From positions 9,641 to 73,640 of the forward strand of contig NW_021833455.1 in NCBI RefSeq assembly GCF_006345805.1: a stretch of DNA of 64,000 nt, given 5' to 3'. Below are positions 1 through 12,556 of the stretch, one piece after another (within the stretch, counting starts at the first letter, position 1; the number at the start of each line of letters is the position of its first letter). The stretch is from Octopus sinensis. Lineage: Eukaryota. The translations under genes were made by a program, and so were the position numbers. The notes under the pieces are model-generated. The model made no database searches. It was not told the origin of the DNA and worked only from the letters and a program-made list of their open reading frames with translations.

Positions 1-981
1 TGTTTACAACTTCTTCCTAACATTCAACAAGATTTTCAATACCTCGTTGGTAGAAATCACCCGATTTCGACACGAAAAATGGATCCAACCAAGCTCTCAA
101 TTCTGCATCAGTATTGAACGAAACTCCGCGCATAGCATTTGAAAGAGATCGAAAGAGGTGGAAATCCGTTGGTACCAAATCAGGAGAGTACGGCGGGTGT
201 GGCAGCATTTCCCAGCCATGCGTTTAAATGGCTTCCTTGGTCATATTGGCGATATGAGAGCGAGCGTTGTCATGCAGAAGAACTCCACGTTGCCGATTAG
301 GTCTTTTCTCGTGAATAGCCGTGTTGAGTCGTTCCATCTGTTGAACAGAGTTCCGCGTCGACCGTTTGGTTCCGTTCAAGCAATTCGTAATGGATAATCC
401 CTTCCCAATCCCACCATATGCACATCGTTTTACGCGGATGAAGATCTTGTTTCACGCATGGTGTCGCTTGTTTACCAGGGCTAAGCCATTCCTTACGCTG
501 CTTCATATTGAGGTTCAAGGAACCATTTTCCGTCGCCAGTAACGATTCGGTAAAGAAATCGTTGCTTATGTCCATGAGTTGAGCGGTGACGAGCAAGTAA
601 ACCAGCAGAGATTGTGGCTCGTTGATTTTTGTTGTTCTCACTTAAAACATGCGGAACCCATGCTCCATACTTCTGAACCTTTCCCATCGAGTGAAGATGC
701 TTCTCTATAACAGTGTTTGACGAAGAAATTTTAGTGCAAAAGTTGGTTTAATCACTCTTCATCGAACTCAATTGGACAGCCAGAACGAGGTGCGTCTTTG
801 AGGTCAAACTTTCCATCTTTGAACTTGGCATACCAATCACGAGCGGTTCTTTCAGCTATGGCACACTCTCCATACACAGCAGAAATGTCGCGAACAGCTT
901 TTGCGGCCTTAGAACCTTGATTAAAAGCAAAAAGAAGGCGGTGTCGAAAATGCTTAACTTTTTCTTAACTTGACATTCCAT
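1..981 (-). pseudogene. Mariner transposase pseudogene (multiple frameshifts and stops)
   Basis: ATG at 981 (MECQVKK...). ORF fragments 493-687, 297-641 and 17-208 carry consecutive mariner motifs in different frames. Confidence 0.9.
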
Positions 982-1108
982 TTTAATGATCTGAAAATAA
1001 TCAAAAATTAACTAAAATTAACTAGAAAAAGAAAAAGATTTCAAAATTATTCAAAAATAGATTCTAAAATTAAAAAAAAACTGCGGGAACTTAGTTACCA
1101 ACCCAATA
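1..1108 (-). mobile_element. Mariner DNA transposon, defective, 3' end cut by the window edge
   Basis: Left TIR TATTGGGTTGGTAACTAAGTTCCCGCAG at 1108-1081 ending in TA. Transposase motifs WVPHVL, TGDGKW (TGDEKW-like), CIWWDWEGIIHYELL and HPPYSPDLVPTDFHLF are spread over several frames. Confidence 0.95.
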
Positions 1109-1423
1109 GATGCACCCCATTTTCATGTAAAGCAAAACGAAGAAAAAAGTCTGTTTTTATTGTATTAATGTTTATGGGAAGCCAAACATCTTGCAGAGGA
1201 CCGGGAGTGGTTTGAAAAATGTTTTTTTCAGAAAAGGTTGTACGAGATGCCATTGAATTCGATATTCGAAAAGCAAAACCGGGTAGTTCGGGTGTTAGTT
1301 CATTTCTATTCATTTCAAACAGCTTCGATAGAAAAACTGAAATATTAGGGTTTACTAATTATCACTAATCAGTAAATCTGCCTATTGAATGTTCCATGTG
1401 TGTGCGTGTTCGTGCGTACTTGC

Positions 1424-1467
<44 letters not shown>

Positions 1468-1469
<2 letters not shown>

Positions 1470-1651
1470 GCCATGATAGATCGTTAGCCACTACACACAT
1501 TTTTTCTCTTCTTGTTTCTCCCCTTTCTGTAGAAGAGCATAGGCTCGAAATATAAAAGACTTTTTCTATTCCTGAGCGTTATACTAATACATCTGTTTGT
1601 TTTGTACACCACCTGTCTTCGTCTTTTGTTGTGTTTCTTTTCGTAAACTCT

Positions 1652-1654
<3 letters not shown>
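1468..1654 (+). mobile_element. Short interspersed repeat inside a (TA)n tract with a degenerate hammerhead-like motif (PLE-type terminus)
   Basis: Flanked on both sides by (TA)n. CTTT-CTGTAGA-A-GAGC-ATAG-GCTC-GAAA-TATA-AAAG at 1523-1558. Confidence 0.5.
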
Positions 1655-1706
<52 letters not shown>

Positions 1707-2224
1707 GGTATAACGGTGGCTTGTTATAACGGCTGATTGGTTTCCACTTTTATAATGTGGTGCTTTATTTTATTTATAGTTTCTATTTGGAATAGATAAC
1801 TAATATAATTTATTTCTTAAATAAGAATCTATATTGATAAACCCGTCACTTATAACTTAATTATAAGTATTATCATTATACATAAATCTCAACACAAGCT
1901 ACATAAACGCCATAGTGAAAAGTATATATATCAAGACGCTTGAAAGGACATGCTGAATGTGCATGTATGTTGAAGATAAGTTCGTGTTCTTTTTCACTGC
2001 TATAAAAACAGTTTCATAATTGCAGAAATAAATTTCATTAACAGATTGGAAAGAAGTTGAGAAAGAGAAAATATTGACTACATTAGTTTATTTATGTACA
2101 TTTAATATTTACAGTCCACTTAGAAATAAAGCAATTTGTCGTAGAGAGTTACGACATAACTTCATTACTACCTAATTCTTTCATATTAACTATCAGAGTT
2201 ACACAACAATTCAAATAAGCCTTA

Positions 2225-2624
2225 GGATCTTTTCGGTTTGAACGGCAGTTTTTTGAAATAATTTCCACGTAACTAAACACTTTTAAACTTCGTATACTGG
2301 TAGAATGTGTTTATAAAACATCTTTTTCTCTTGGCTTTATTGAGAAAATTCTATAGTTTGTAAGATATTTGTTCTTTTTTCTTCTTCAATTTCAACCAAT
2401 CAATTACGTCTATTGAGGTAAAAAAAATATTTTGTGCCGTATGAATATGTACCTCGTTTAAGAAACAGATTGGGTTTATTTACATTTGTGAAGAAAAAAA
2501 GATACCCTTCCCCCTAACTCTAAAACAGATTGAAATGTAATAGATCGATACTAGGGTCATAATTATGGGTGACAATTTCATATGACACTGCTAGAAAAAA
2601 CTGCCGTTCAAACCGAAAAGATCC
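2225..2624. mobile_element. MITE, 400 bp, with about 29-bp TIRs (copy 1)
   Basis: TIRs GGATCTTTTCGGTTTGAACGGCAGTTTTT / AAAAACTGCCGTTCAAACCGAAAAGATCC. A second copy lies in opposite orientation at 18567-18971. Confidence 0.9.
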
Positions 2625-3199
2625 CTAAATGCTCATTCATACCTGAATTCTAAGAACCGTATTTCGTGAAAGAATTCTCTTTGATGAAAGTTTAGAATTC
2701 AAATATGGGCAGAAATTTTAACCAATGGGAAACCAACAATTATACTTGTTCGGGCAACATGACCATTACGTCATATTGCTGCCTTTTACGACTTGCTTGC
2801 TGCTCGATACACAGGCAAAAGGGTTTCAATGTTTTGCGTAACTTAGAGCGACACACATGCATACATATATCCGAGCATGAATACCAGTGAAGCTGATGAA
2901 ATCTTGACTTTCCATTTGAAGTGTCCATGTTTCATATACATAATCAGGACTTATGTGCAGCCTTCAGAGATATTACTGGCACAGTTCACCTGAGCTGGTA
3001 TCATGATTTGTACACAACTTTGTAGACCTCTTGCAATGAAGGGTCGAAGCCCCTAATAAAAAGGAAACCGTTAGCAATGTCCAATCTCATATCAAGACCT
3101 TCAATGGTTGCATTCCGTTTTTGCTGTTAAATCCAAACAACGTTTGTGATGACAGGAGAATTAAGTGATGTTTGATGGGCAATAATCCTAAATCCATTT

Positions 3200-3370
3200 C
3201 AAATTCTGGCACAAAGCCAGCAATTTCAAAGGAAGGGATAAGTTGTTACATTAACCCCAGTATTCAACTGGTACTTATTTTATCGACTCTGAAAAGATGA
3301 AAGGAAAGGCAAAGTCAACCTCGGTGGAATTTGAAGCGGACGAGATGTTGTTAAGCATTGTGTCCGGCCA
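3200..3370 (-). mobile_element. tRNA-derived SINE family A, degenerate
   Basis: Core CAACTGGTACTTATTTTATCGAC...GATGAAAGGAAAGGCAAAGTCAACCTCGGTGGAATTTGAA, shared with many copies in the window. Confidence 0.8.
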
Positions 3371-3508
3371 TTCAAAGAGTCTGGCAGCTGAACACCTTAA
3401 CAATAAGTCTAAATTGAAAAGTCATTTCACTCACACTGGTCACTGCCATCACTCACTGAATGTTGAACTTAATACAATGAACTCATTTGAGGAAAAAAAA
3501 TATTCTTT

Positions 3509-3690
3509 TCTACTCTAGGCACAAGGTCCGAAATTGGTGAGGGGGGGGCGTCGATTAGATTGACCCCCAGTACGCAACTGGTACTTAATTTATCGACCCC
3601 AAAAGGATGAAAGGCAAAGTCGACCTTGGCGGAATTTGAACTCAGAACGTAAAGACAGACGAAATACCACAAAGTATTTCGTCTGGCGAG
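3509..3690 (-). mobile_element. tRNA-derived SINE family A
   Basis: B-box-like GAGTTCAAATTCC plus core CCTTTCATCCTTTTGGGGTCGATAAATTAAGTACCAG. From memory this resembles the Meta/Sauria-type SINE core, not verified by alignment. Confidence 0.85.
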
Positions 3691-6090
3691 AGAAAAATAA
3701 GTCACAACAATGAATTAATACATTTCTTTTTTAATCTTTGTTTTGTTTTATTATAGTTTGTAGTCTTACAGTGACTTTGGCAAATACAAAATAAGATTCA
3801 GTACAATGTAACAAATATTTTTTAATTAAGTACAGTTAATTGGTCTCCAAATGATCAAACTGCAGTTGAAATGTAGCCAGGGAATTTTCTTTTTCTTTGA
3901 CATAAAATGTATATTTATTGACGCAACATGCAGTGTGGAATCACCATTGAGATTTAAAAGGGGTGTGAGCACCAAAGAGCTGAGGTGAGCTCGAGAAGAA
4001 GAACTGAAGTCTGTGACCCGTTTGTGATTCTCCAATTGTAGCCACTTCCCTCGCTAACGCCCTCAGGGTAAGGGATAAACGACATAACGTCCTATTTCCT
4101 CCCCAACACTAAACGTTCCAGGCTGTATGACCCCTTCGTGAGAAAGTGACATATTTTACATGTTAAAAATAAGTGGGGTGGGGGGAGACAAAAACAGAAG
4201 AAAAAAAAACAACAAAGAAAAAACCCAGACTTTTGCCCAATTTTAACTGCTGCACAGATTTCATCAGTTTGAGTGAAGAAGTTTAGTTGAAAACTAAATA
4301 CAGCAGTATAATAATAATATCGATGAGTGGAGTTTAGTTTTAATATTTTACAATTGATATACACTTTCTTTATATTTATACACACAATAGTCTCAAAATA
4401 ATGAGTCATATTTTAATTATACAGCTACCGAAACAGTTTTATTATCAGATAAGATAAAAAGAGGGGAATAACCAGAGTTATGCTATAAGTCTCTACTCTA
4501 CAATTAACTTGCTGGTACACTGCAGCATCATGCATAAACATATATGCCAATATCGTACCATACTTCAGCATCTATGGATGCCTTACGAATCACTAAAGAA
4601 AAATATCTTGTGGGGCACCACTTGAAACTGTCACATCTTCATGAAATGAAACGTAGAGCAATTCAACGAGATGTAGGAAGCAATCTCCATCCAAATTATT
4701 CCTACATGGACAGGTATAACTTGGATAATTGAGCTCAGCACTGCAAGCTAACTAAACCCTATTTAGGGTACTGTTACTGCTTACAGCAGTGAGTTTTTAT
4801 CCCTTTGGTCTTTGTGTGTTAGAATGGAGTCATTTCAGTGTCAAGTGTCATGGCCTCAACCCAATGCTGATGCGAGACCAGACGGAACTCTCAGCCACTT
4901 GGTTTACTGCCAAATCCTATCTGAGCTCTTTAACCAATATACAAACCCACAAGAGAGCTTTGTAACTCAGTTGCTTAACTTGGCCAATCTCTTTGATAAT
5001 CCCTACAGCATTTTTAATCTTGGAATTATTTAAGCCCTAGAGACAAGATGACCAGAGCTAGAATCCTATTGACTGGCTGCTTACATCTGGAGCATAGACA
5101 TACTTCAGTAGAGCTCACTAGTACTACATAACATGGTTGACAGATTTTCTTGTTTAGCTTATATGGCAGCCAGGGTTCAACTCTTAGCACAGGAACAGCT
5201 ATAGGCTTTATATATGTATGTGTGTGTGGCATGAAGTTCAACAAGGAGAGCTCTTGATCAGTTGAGGAGGTAAAAGATATTGTATATAAATGAAATGGTT
5301 CCTTTTTACTATCATAACAAAAGAGCCAACCTCAGTGCTGTCAATTCTCCAGTAGTTTCCTGCAAGTTCAGCACTTCACTGACGACTCTTTCTCTCATCA
5401 AGTAATAAGAGGAATAATGGCCTTTCTCAGGGTACAGCATGGTACCAGGGAAAAGATAGACACAAGTCGGGCAGATACCACCAATAACAAGATGTGGCCA
5501 GAGGGTGACCAGATTAAACAAGAACAAATACTGTTCAACCACTTTGGTCATTTCAACAACATAATCATAATTATATATTTGAAATCTACTATCAATTTGT
5601 TATGTTCCTTTTTTTTCCCCCATTACCTCCACATACCAAAGATGAAGAATTTCTAGATCAGTGAGCAGAACTCAGTGAAGGTCTCAGAGTTCAAATCTGT
5701 CAAACAAAATTATTAGCATCAAGCAGAGTTATGGATTAATTTACATTTTCTAAAGCAACATTTTTTCAGGAAATAGTATCAGCAGTCTAAAAGTCTAATT
5801 TTGCATTGAGTTTGGTTCACTTAGTTATTTCGTTGTCTGTCATATAAAATATAAAATCAAAAATATTGCCAGGTAGATTTTGTTTACTGTTGTTATATAA
5901 ATAGCTATTTCTTTGGAAATCTGTCAGTTATGATAAAGAAATGGTAATACCACGGAGAAAATATTGAGAAGCAAACAACAAGGTTTAACAATTGGTTAAT
6001 TGGTGGGAATTGAGATATTACAGTCCAGAAAGAAAAGTAATTAATAAATTGCAATTAAGTCTAAAAATTCATTCTTAATGACTAGAATAA

Positions 6091-6310
6091 TTAACCCTTT
6101 AGCAACCAAACTGGCCATATCCAGCTCAAATATCCTACCTGTTTTTTGTTCAAACTGACCAGATCAGGCCTCTCACACCTACCCGGCAACGTCATTCTAT
6201 CAATAAACAATCACATCACTGACATCTGAAAACTGAGATAGGATTAATTCAAAACAATGCAAATAAATAAGGATTACATATGACAGAATAATCTGAATGC
6301 TAAAGGGTCG
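6091..6310. mobile_element. piggyBac-like MITE family 2
   Basis: TTAA|CCCTTTAGCA ... TGCTAAAGGG ends. Related pieces at about 12700-12825, 49092-49480, 52975 and 62230-62410. Confidence 0.7.
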
Positions 6311-7129
6311 AATAATAAAATTAGAAGAAACTCTCCAATGAGAGAGAGGGGGGAGAGGGGGAGAGAGAGAGCAGGACGTGGTAACTTATGCATATGTATG
6401 TATGTATGTGTATGTATATATATATATATAAGCTGCAAAGACATCACAAAAACTGTTACTCAGAGTTTCACATTAGGAAGGGCATCCACTTGTAGACACT
6501 TTGCCAGATCAGACTGAGCCTGGTGCAGCCTCTGGCTCACCAGTCCTCAGTCAAACTGTCCAACCCATGCCAGCATGGAAAGTGAACATTACACAACGAC
6601 GATATATACATATATATAGTTAATCCAAACATGAAAACACAAAGAGAAGAGAAAATGTGAGGATGTGGAACAAATATAGTGTTATTGGATGCTCAGGAAA
6701 GGAAAGAAAGGAAGATTTAACGTTTCAAGTGGAACTTTCATTGCCACCGAGTCAGTGGTTGCAGTTGTGTGGAAATTTCCAAATCTTATGGAACAGGTTT
6801 GGTGATATAAACAGGAAAACAGAATTCAAAACATGGGTATATATTTTTCTTAATTGACAGAAGTTACAAAAACTAACTCAAAGAGATGAGACTTTTGCAC
6901 TTTGGCACGAATCAAAGTTTGGCGATAAGTGCCAATGCATGAAACTCTTGGTCCTCAAGTCACTTTGTCATTTTTGCTTCATCAGCATCATGTCCATTTT
7001 CCATGCTGGCATGGGTTGGATGGTTTGACAAGAACGGACAAGCCAGAGAGCTGCACCATGCTCCAGTACCTGCTTTGGCATAGTTTCTACAGCTGGATGC
7101 CCTTCTTAATGCCAACCCATTTCTTTATT

Positions 7130-7345
7130 ACCCACAAGGGGCTAAACATAGAGGGGACAAAGAAAGACAGACATAGGTGTTAAGTCGATTACATCGACCC
7201 CAGTGCGGAACTGGTACTTAATTTATTGACCCCGAAAGGATGAAAGGCAAAGTCAACCTCGGCGGAATTTGAACTCACAACGTAACGACAGACGAAATAC
7301 CAAGCATGTCATCCGGTGTGCTAATGTTTCTGCCAGCTTGCCGCC
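7130..7345 (-). mobile_element. SINE family A
   Basis: Same core as 3509-3690 and 29956-30183. Confidence 0.85.
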
Positions 7346-7449
7346 TTTATGCCTTTTCTTAATGCCAACCACTTTACAGAGTGTATCAGGTGCTTTTTAT
7401 GTGGCACCAAAAGTTATCTCATGTAGTGAATTTAACAACTTCCTATGTT

Positions 7450-9047
7450 ATTAAACAGACTCTTCCATGACATTGTTGCTTCTCTTTCAACTCACACACT
7501 CAGATTAAGTCATTTGTTATTAGATAACTTCCTAATATTTTACAGGTAAAAACATTCAATTATTTTATCAAAGTGCAAAAATAGTAGTAAGGGGTCAAAT
7601 TAACAGGATACCAACAGTTTGTATATGATCTGACTCCAAAGAGACTGGTGTGTTGGTCTTCATCAGCAAGATTCGTGTTATTTAATAATGGTAATAAAAA
7701 CGAAAAGAGAACAGTGAACTTATTATGCACGGAGGAGTAAAGAATCCAATATTTCAGATGGTTTTCTTCCGGAGAACAAAATCAACAGGAGGGAAATGTA
7801 TGGAAAGACAGCAGAGTATTTTTTGGTCGATGTAAAACTCTGGTTTTCTCTCCTGGTTTTCTTTCCTATCAAATTTTCTCTGAAGGAGGACAATTTCTGA
7901 AATGTTGGATTTCCCACTTTGCACAGCAGCTTCACTAAACTCTTTTTCATCAGTTCCACCAATTTGTACCATATCACCAGCATTATACAGTGTCAATAGC
8001 AAAGACCACTCAACTCTTGAGATTAGTCTAAATAGGCTTAAAGGGAATGTATATAGATCTATGCACTAAACATCAAAAGTACAAAAGGATAATTGTTTTG
8101 TTAACTGGCAGAACTGAGCTCAAAATTGTCCTTCATGCACAGCTTCAAAAGCAGAGTAAAGTTACCCCTGCTTTGGCTATATCACATGAAAACAAAATCT
8201 CTAATAGTAGCAGTAGTAGCAGCCAATAAGTCAAAAGTTCTAAGGGCAATATAACTGGATTTAGGATGAAAATTAACAAAGTGAATTGTGTTGAAGACTG
8301 GCAAAGACAAAGATGTTTCTTTTTTTTATAATTAAGCTTAATTCATTGTTTCTAAGTCAGAGTTTTGAATTTTGCTGGATCAAAGGGTAAAAGACTAAAC
8401 CTTGCGTGACTGGAATATACAGTGAGATTAGTAACACCATGAAATAGTAATAATATTGGTAGCTAATTCTTCATTTTTAGTCAGTTTTACAAGGTTAAAA
8501 ATTAAATGAAATATTCAAATTAATATTAATTATAATTTTCTAACTAGCATTCTCTCTTGAATCAAGAAAAAAAAAACAAAAACTGAGTGATACCAAAGGG
8601 GGTGGCATTTTTCAGTTCGTACAAGTGTGGTAATTAAATAAGGAAGTAGGATGAGTAAGGGAGCAGTTTCAGGAATACTGAAGAAGGAATGGTTCAAGAA
8701 CTTTTTTTGTAGTTAGAAATAGTTGTGTTGAGAAAATGGTGGAAAATGTATGTTTATAAGTTTTGAAGAAACACAAATGTGAGACATAGGGATTTTTTTT
8801 TGAGTAGGTGATCTTTTAAAATGGATACTGGGAGAAAACTGGCCATCTTATGGGGCTTGTGTATGTAATCCACGGGAAATGTTTTGAAGAATAATTATTA
8901 TTAGAGACATTAGCAAAGGAGTTGTTTTATGCAACCATGCATATGTATAAAAAGAAATTGATTCAAATCACTTTGAAGATGAGATGCAGCCTTTACATTT
9001 AGTACAGAAAATCAACAAATATAATAGTAATAATATTAATGATGATG

Positions 9048-9097
<50 letters not shown>

Positions 9098-9341
9098 GAT
9101 GAGGATGATGATTCAATGTGTGTGTACAGGTTGAAATACATAAATACAAACTTGAAAAGTGAAATTAACTGAAGAACTGTCTTGACATTTTTAATAAAAA
9201 ATACAATTTGAAATTGAACATTTAAAACAGACATAACATAAATCCAATTTATTTGGTAATTTTTTGTTTTTGAATATAATGCACATATTTACAATATGTA
9301 TAAGTGTGTGTATGTGAGTGTGTGTGTATATATATATATAC

Positions 9342-9378
<37 letters not shown>

Positions 9379-11335
9379 AAGGGATCAAATCTAAACCAAG
9401 CATATGAAGCATAGACTTGCCATAAAATATTACACTAAAAAAAAAAAATTGTTACAAAGTTTAATACTTGTGTTTTTTCTTCAGTTAAAATGGTGAGGGG
9501 GGGGGGCATTCAAGTGAACAGAAGTATCTAAGGGTTGTATTCAGAACAATGTTTTTCTAAGAATTTTCTACTAATGTTTTTTTTTTGGGCGGGGGGGTAA
9601 AGTTAGAATATTCATGCTTCCGGGATTTATTTACCAAACTATAAAACAACAAGCACAATACCAATCTATTCTCTAAATGGAAGACTTTGTACAAGAGGTT
9701 GATAAGTTCAGTTGAATTAAATAATTTCATGTTTCAGGCTGTTGCTCTTCATCAGAGAACAGAGAAGATTAAAAGACAAAAAAAAAAAAAGCCTTGAAAG
9801 AGTTGTTCTTTAGTTGCAAGCTAACAATGCTGCACATTGGTGTGCAACCAAAACAACAAAACAATCATCCTTGCTCTCAGATCAAAGTGCAAGCAGCCAA
9901 AAACATTATATTTCTTCACCTAAATTATCAAAGAACTCTTTCACACATTCTCTTATGAATTATTGCCAATGGAGACCATCACCAAGTTTCTTTAGATTCC
10001 AGATTTTAACCTATTTTCGAACTGACCTTGAAGTTTCATACAAACACATATTTACATTTTTTTTTTTTTCTTTTTTCATACTAATATCTTTTAGCAAGGT
10101 TTTAAGATATGTAGAAACAGAGAGTTGGATTTCAAGTGAGACTTACTGATTACAATGTTAACTTTGATTAAAATCTCAATAAAACAGCTGTTAAGAGATT
10201 AAAATAAAAAAACTTTTTTTTTCCTCTTAGTGTAACCTTACAACATAAAGCTGAAAATTTCCTTAAACTTAAATCCAAGAATGCAGCAGTCAAACCCAGC
10301 AAATATAGAAATAAATAACAGTTGTTTATTTTCTCCATTTGAAGCTTAAACTTGTTAAATTATTTGTACTGGTAACATCAATAATACAAAAAGCAGAAAA
10401 TCTCTTCAAGGAATTGGTTTAAAATACATGAAATGGAATTTAAAAAAAAAAAAAAAAATATTACCAAAAAGCAAAAACAATTAATAAAAATATTTTGATG
10501 TATTCCAATGTATTCCATGACAAATCCTAGAAAGAAAGAACTAACACCAAAGAATGGTTAAACATCACATGAAGTAATAAATAAAAACTGCAACTTAAGA
10601 TTAATTTAAGGTTTCACAGTTGAAACGAACCAATTTAGAACCAATAAAATGGATGAAACAACAAGGAACAGAGGTTGACTTTGGGTTGGTTTCATTTCCT
10701 CAAAGGTTTCTTCTCAGCAATAATAATTGAAAAAAGATTTCCACATCCAATTATTAAACATTTGAGAGTTTTCTTGTATCTTCTCATAAGAAAGAATTTC
10801 TCATTCAGTTCTAAAATATTTATCACAGGTCTTTTACTGAAAAAACAGGAAAGGATAAAAAAAAAAAATATTAAAAATAATCGAAAAGTAAAATAAAAAA
10901 GAAAATGCAAAGGAAGAAAAGAAAAAAACTCATTCAAATTAGTTAAAAATAATTTGAAATCTGATAACTTTTTCTTTTTTTTTGTTGTTTCTCTGGAATT
11001 CAAGTTTCCAATGTTTTGGCACATTTGTTGAATGTCCTGAAAGACTGCACAAACCAAAAGGACAATCATTAAACAAAGCAAATAAATATGCTATGGAAAA
11101 AAAAAATTTAGGGGGGGTAGGGGGAACTGGAGAAATGGAATGATGTAAGAAGAGAGAATGAAATCACAGAGTTAAGAACTAAAGTTTTTTTTTTTTTTTG
11201 ATCACAAAAATTGCTCTCTGGATTAAGTTTCTAGCTTTTTGTCTTTTTTTTTTTGTGGTATTTTTTCATTGTTTTTTTGTTTCAAAGTATTCTTTCTCAG
11301 AGTTCCAACTTGTAAGTCTGCTCAGTTTGATTGAT
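7450..11335 (-). other. Probable long 3'UTR of the minus-strand host gene (end point unknown)
   Basis: Directly downstream of the stop at 11336. No recognisable SINEs. U-rich runs and AATAAA motifs on the minus strand (for example near 10325 and 9250). Confidence 0.45.
9027..9093. repeat. (TAA)n microsatellite
   Basis: Direct inspection. It explains the poly-N and poly-L ORFs. Confidence 0.95.
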
Positions 11336-11470
11336 TTAGTCACTGACTTCTGAGCTACACCGGGACCGCTGTCTCCGATTGGAAGAAGAAACAAAAAGAC
11401 TAACACACTTTCTAGATTCCAATTGCTCAAGCCAATATTCTTGCTCTGTAGGGTCCACATATGTTAAATT
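11336..11470 (-). CDS. Terminal coding exon of unidentified host gene: NLTYVDPTEQEYWLEQLESRKCVSLFVSSSNRRQRSRCSSEVSD*
   Basis: Acceptor ttattatttttcag|AAT. Only phase 0 is open, matching the phase-0 end of exon 13667-13800. Confidence 0.75.
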   Translation of the reverse strand, partial: NLTYVDPTEQEYWLEQLESRKCVSLFVSSSNRRQRSRCSSEVSD

Positions 11471-12001
11471 CTGAAAAATAATAATTAAGGTGCAAAATAA
11501 ATACATAAAATGCACACAGACATGCATACACACACACATAACATAAAACAGAGTGCTCAACATTCTGAAATAGAGCAAGAATGATTTACAAGCAAAATAA
11601 GACAAAGTATGAATATTTAATTTATTCAAGACACATTTCTAGGTTTCAATTACAAACTCAATCTCAGAAAAGTAGACAAAATTTGTTTTCAATCCAGGTT
11701 TTTAAATACAGACTAAGGCCATTTTATATTGCATTAACCAACTCTACATCTGATGGCAACAAAAAGATTAAAACAAATCCATTAATCCACACATTAAATC
11801 TTGCTCATCATCATCATCGTTTAACGTCCGCTTTCCATGCTGGCATGGGTTGGACGACTCTAACTGAGGGCTGGTGAGCCAGATGGCTGCACCAGGCTCC
11901 AGTCTTGATCTGGCAGAGTCTCTACAGCTGGATTCCCTTCCTAACGCCAATGAGTAATTATTCATGGATTTCTTTTAGTAAAACGGAAAAACACAAATAC
12001 T

Positions 12002-12504
12002 GAGCAGAAAAATTTGTCGGCAACCAGCCACGAGGATCGAACTCACACTCCTCCAACTTCTAACATTGCAGTAAAATTCGCCAGTCAGCAGTTTGGCTTA
12101 ATGGGTAAAGCACTCCAGCTAGATATTGGAGGGGTGTGAGTTCGATCCTCATGGCTGGTTGCTGGCAATTTTTTCTGCTCTTAAAAGGATTTTATCCTTA
12201 TATATATATATATATATTTATTACTGACGTGGGGAAAATTCTTATGAATTAACCCTGAAATTAGGACCAATACGGTAATAACGGAATTTTTTAGAAATTT
12301 CTATCGGCATCTTTCAAGACGCATAAATTATAATGGTTATTGACAATTTTGTCTTTTTTCGGCATATTTGGCATTAGAATTTTTCTTTTGCCCTTATTTT
12401 ATAAGTTATTTATAAATTTAACCTTTAAAGGTATTTTTTGATATGCTGGCCATTGATAAAATTTTTTTCGAAAAAAAAATTAAAAAAATTTTATCCTACA
12501 TTAG

Positions 12505-12510
<6 letters not shown>
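12002..12510 (+). mobile_element. tRNA-headed element with an inverted partial copy of its head and a degenerate hammerhead-like tail
   Basis: 55-bp inverted arms at 12002-12056 and 12126-12180. A-box TGGCTTAATGG and B-box GAGTTCGATCC. Hammerhead-like fold at 12219-12272. Confidence 0.6.

Positions 12511-12556
<46 letters not shown>

Noticed and set aside
4480-5600. GC-richer, coding-like island with short ORFs (similar patches at 2630-3170, 20650-21350, 22450-22980, 44690-44920 and 53050-53330)
   Set aside because: Multiple stops and no motif I can identify. Probably decayed transposon ORFs, but not supportable.
7630-7676. CTGATGA-A-GAC...GTC on the minus strand as a hammerhead (also CTGATGA hits near 2893, 22740 and 29425)
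   Set aside because: No GAAA strand follows stem II.
7723-8002. Two overlapping minus-strand ORFs
   Set aside because: No convincing splice sites or recognisable motifs. They lie in the probable 3'UTR.
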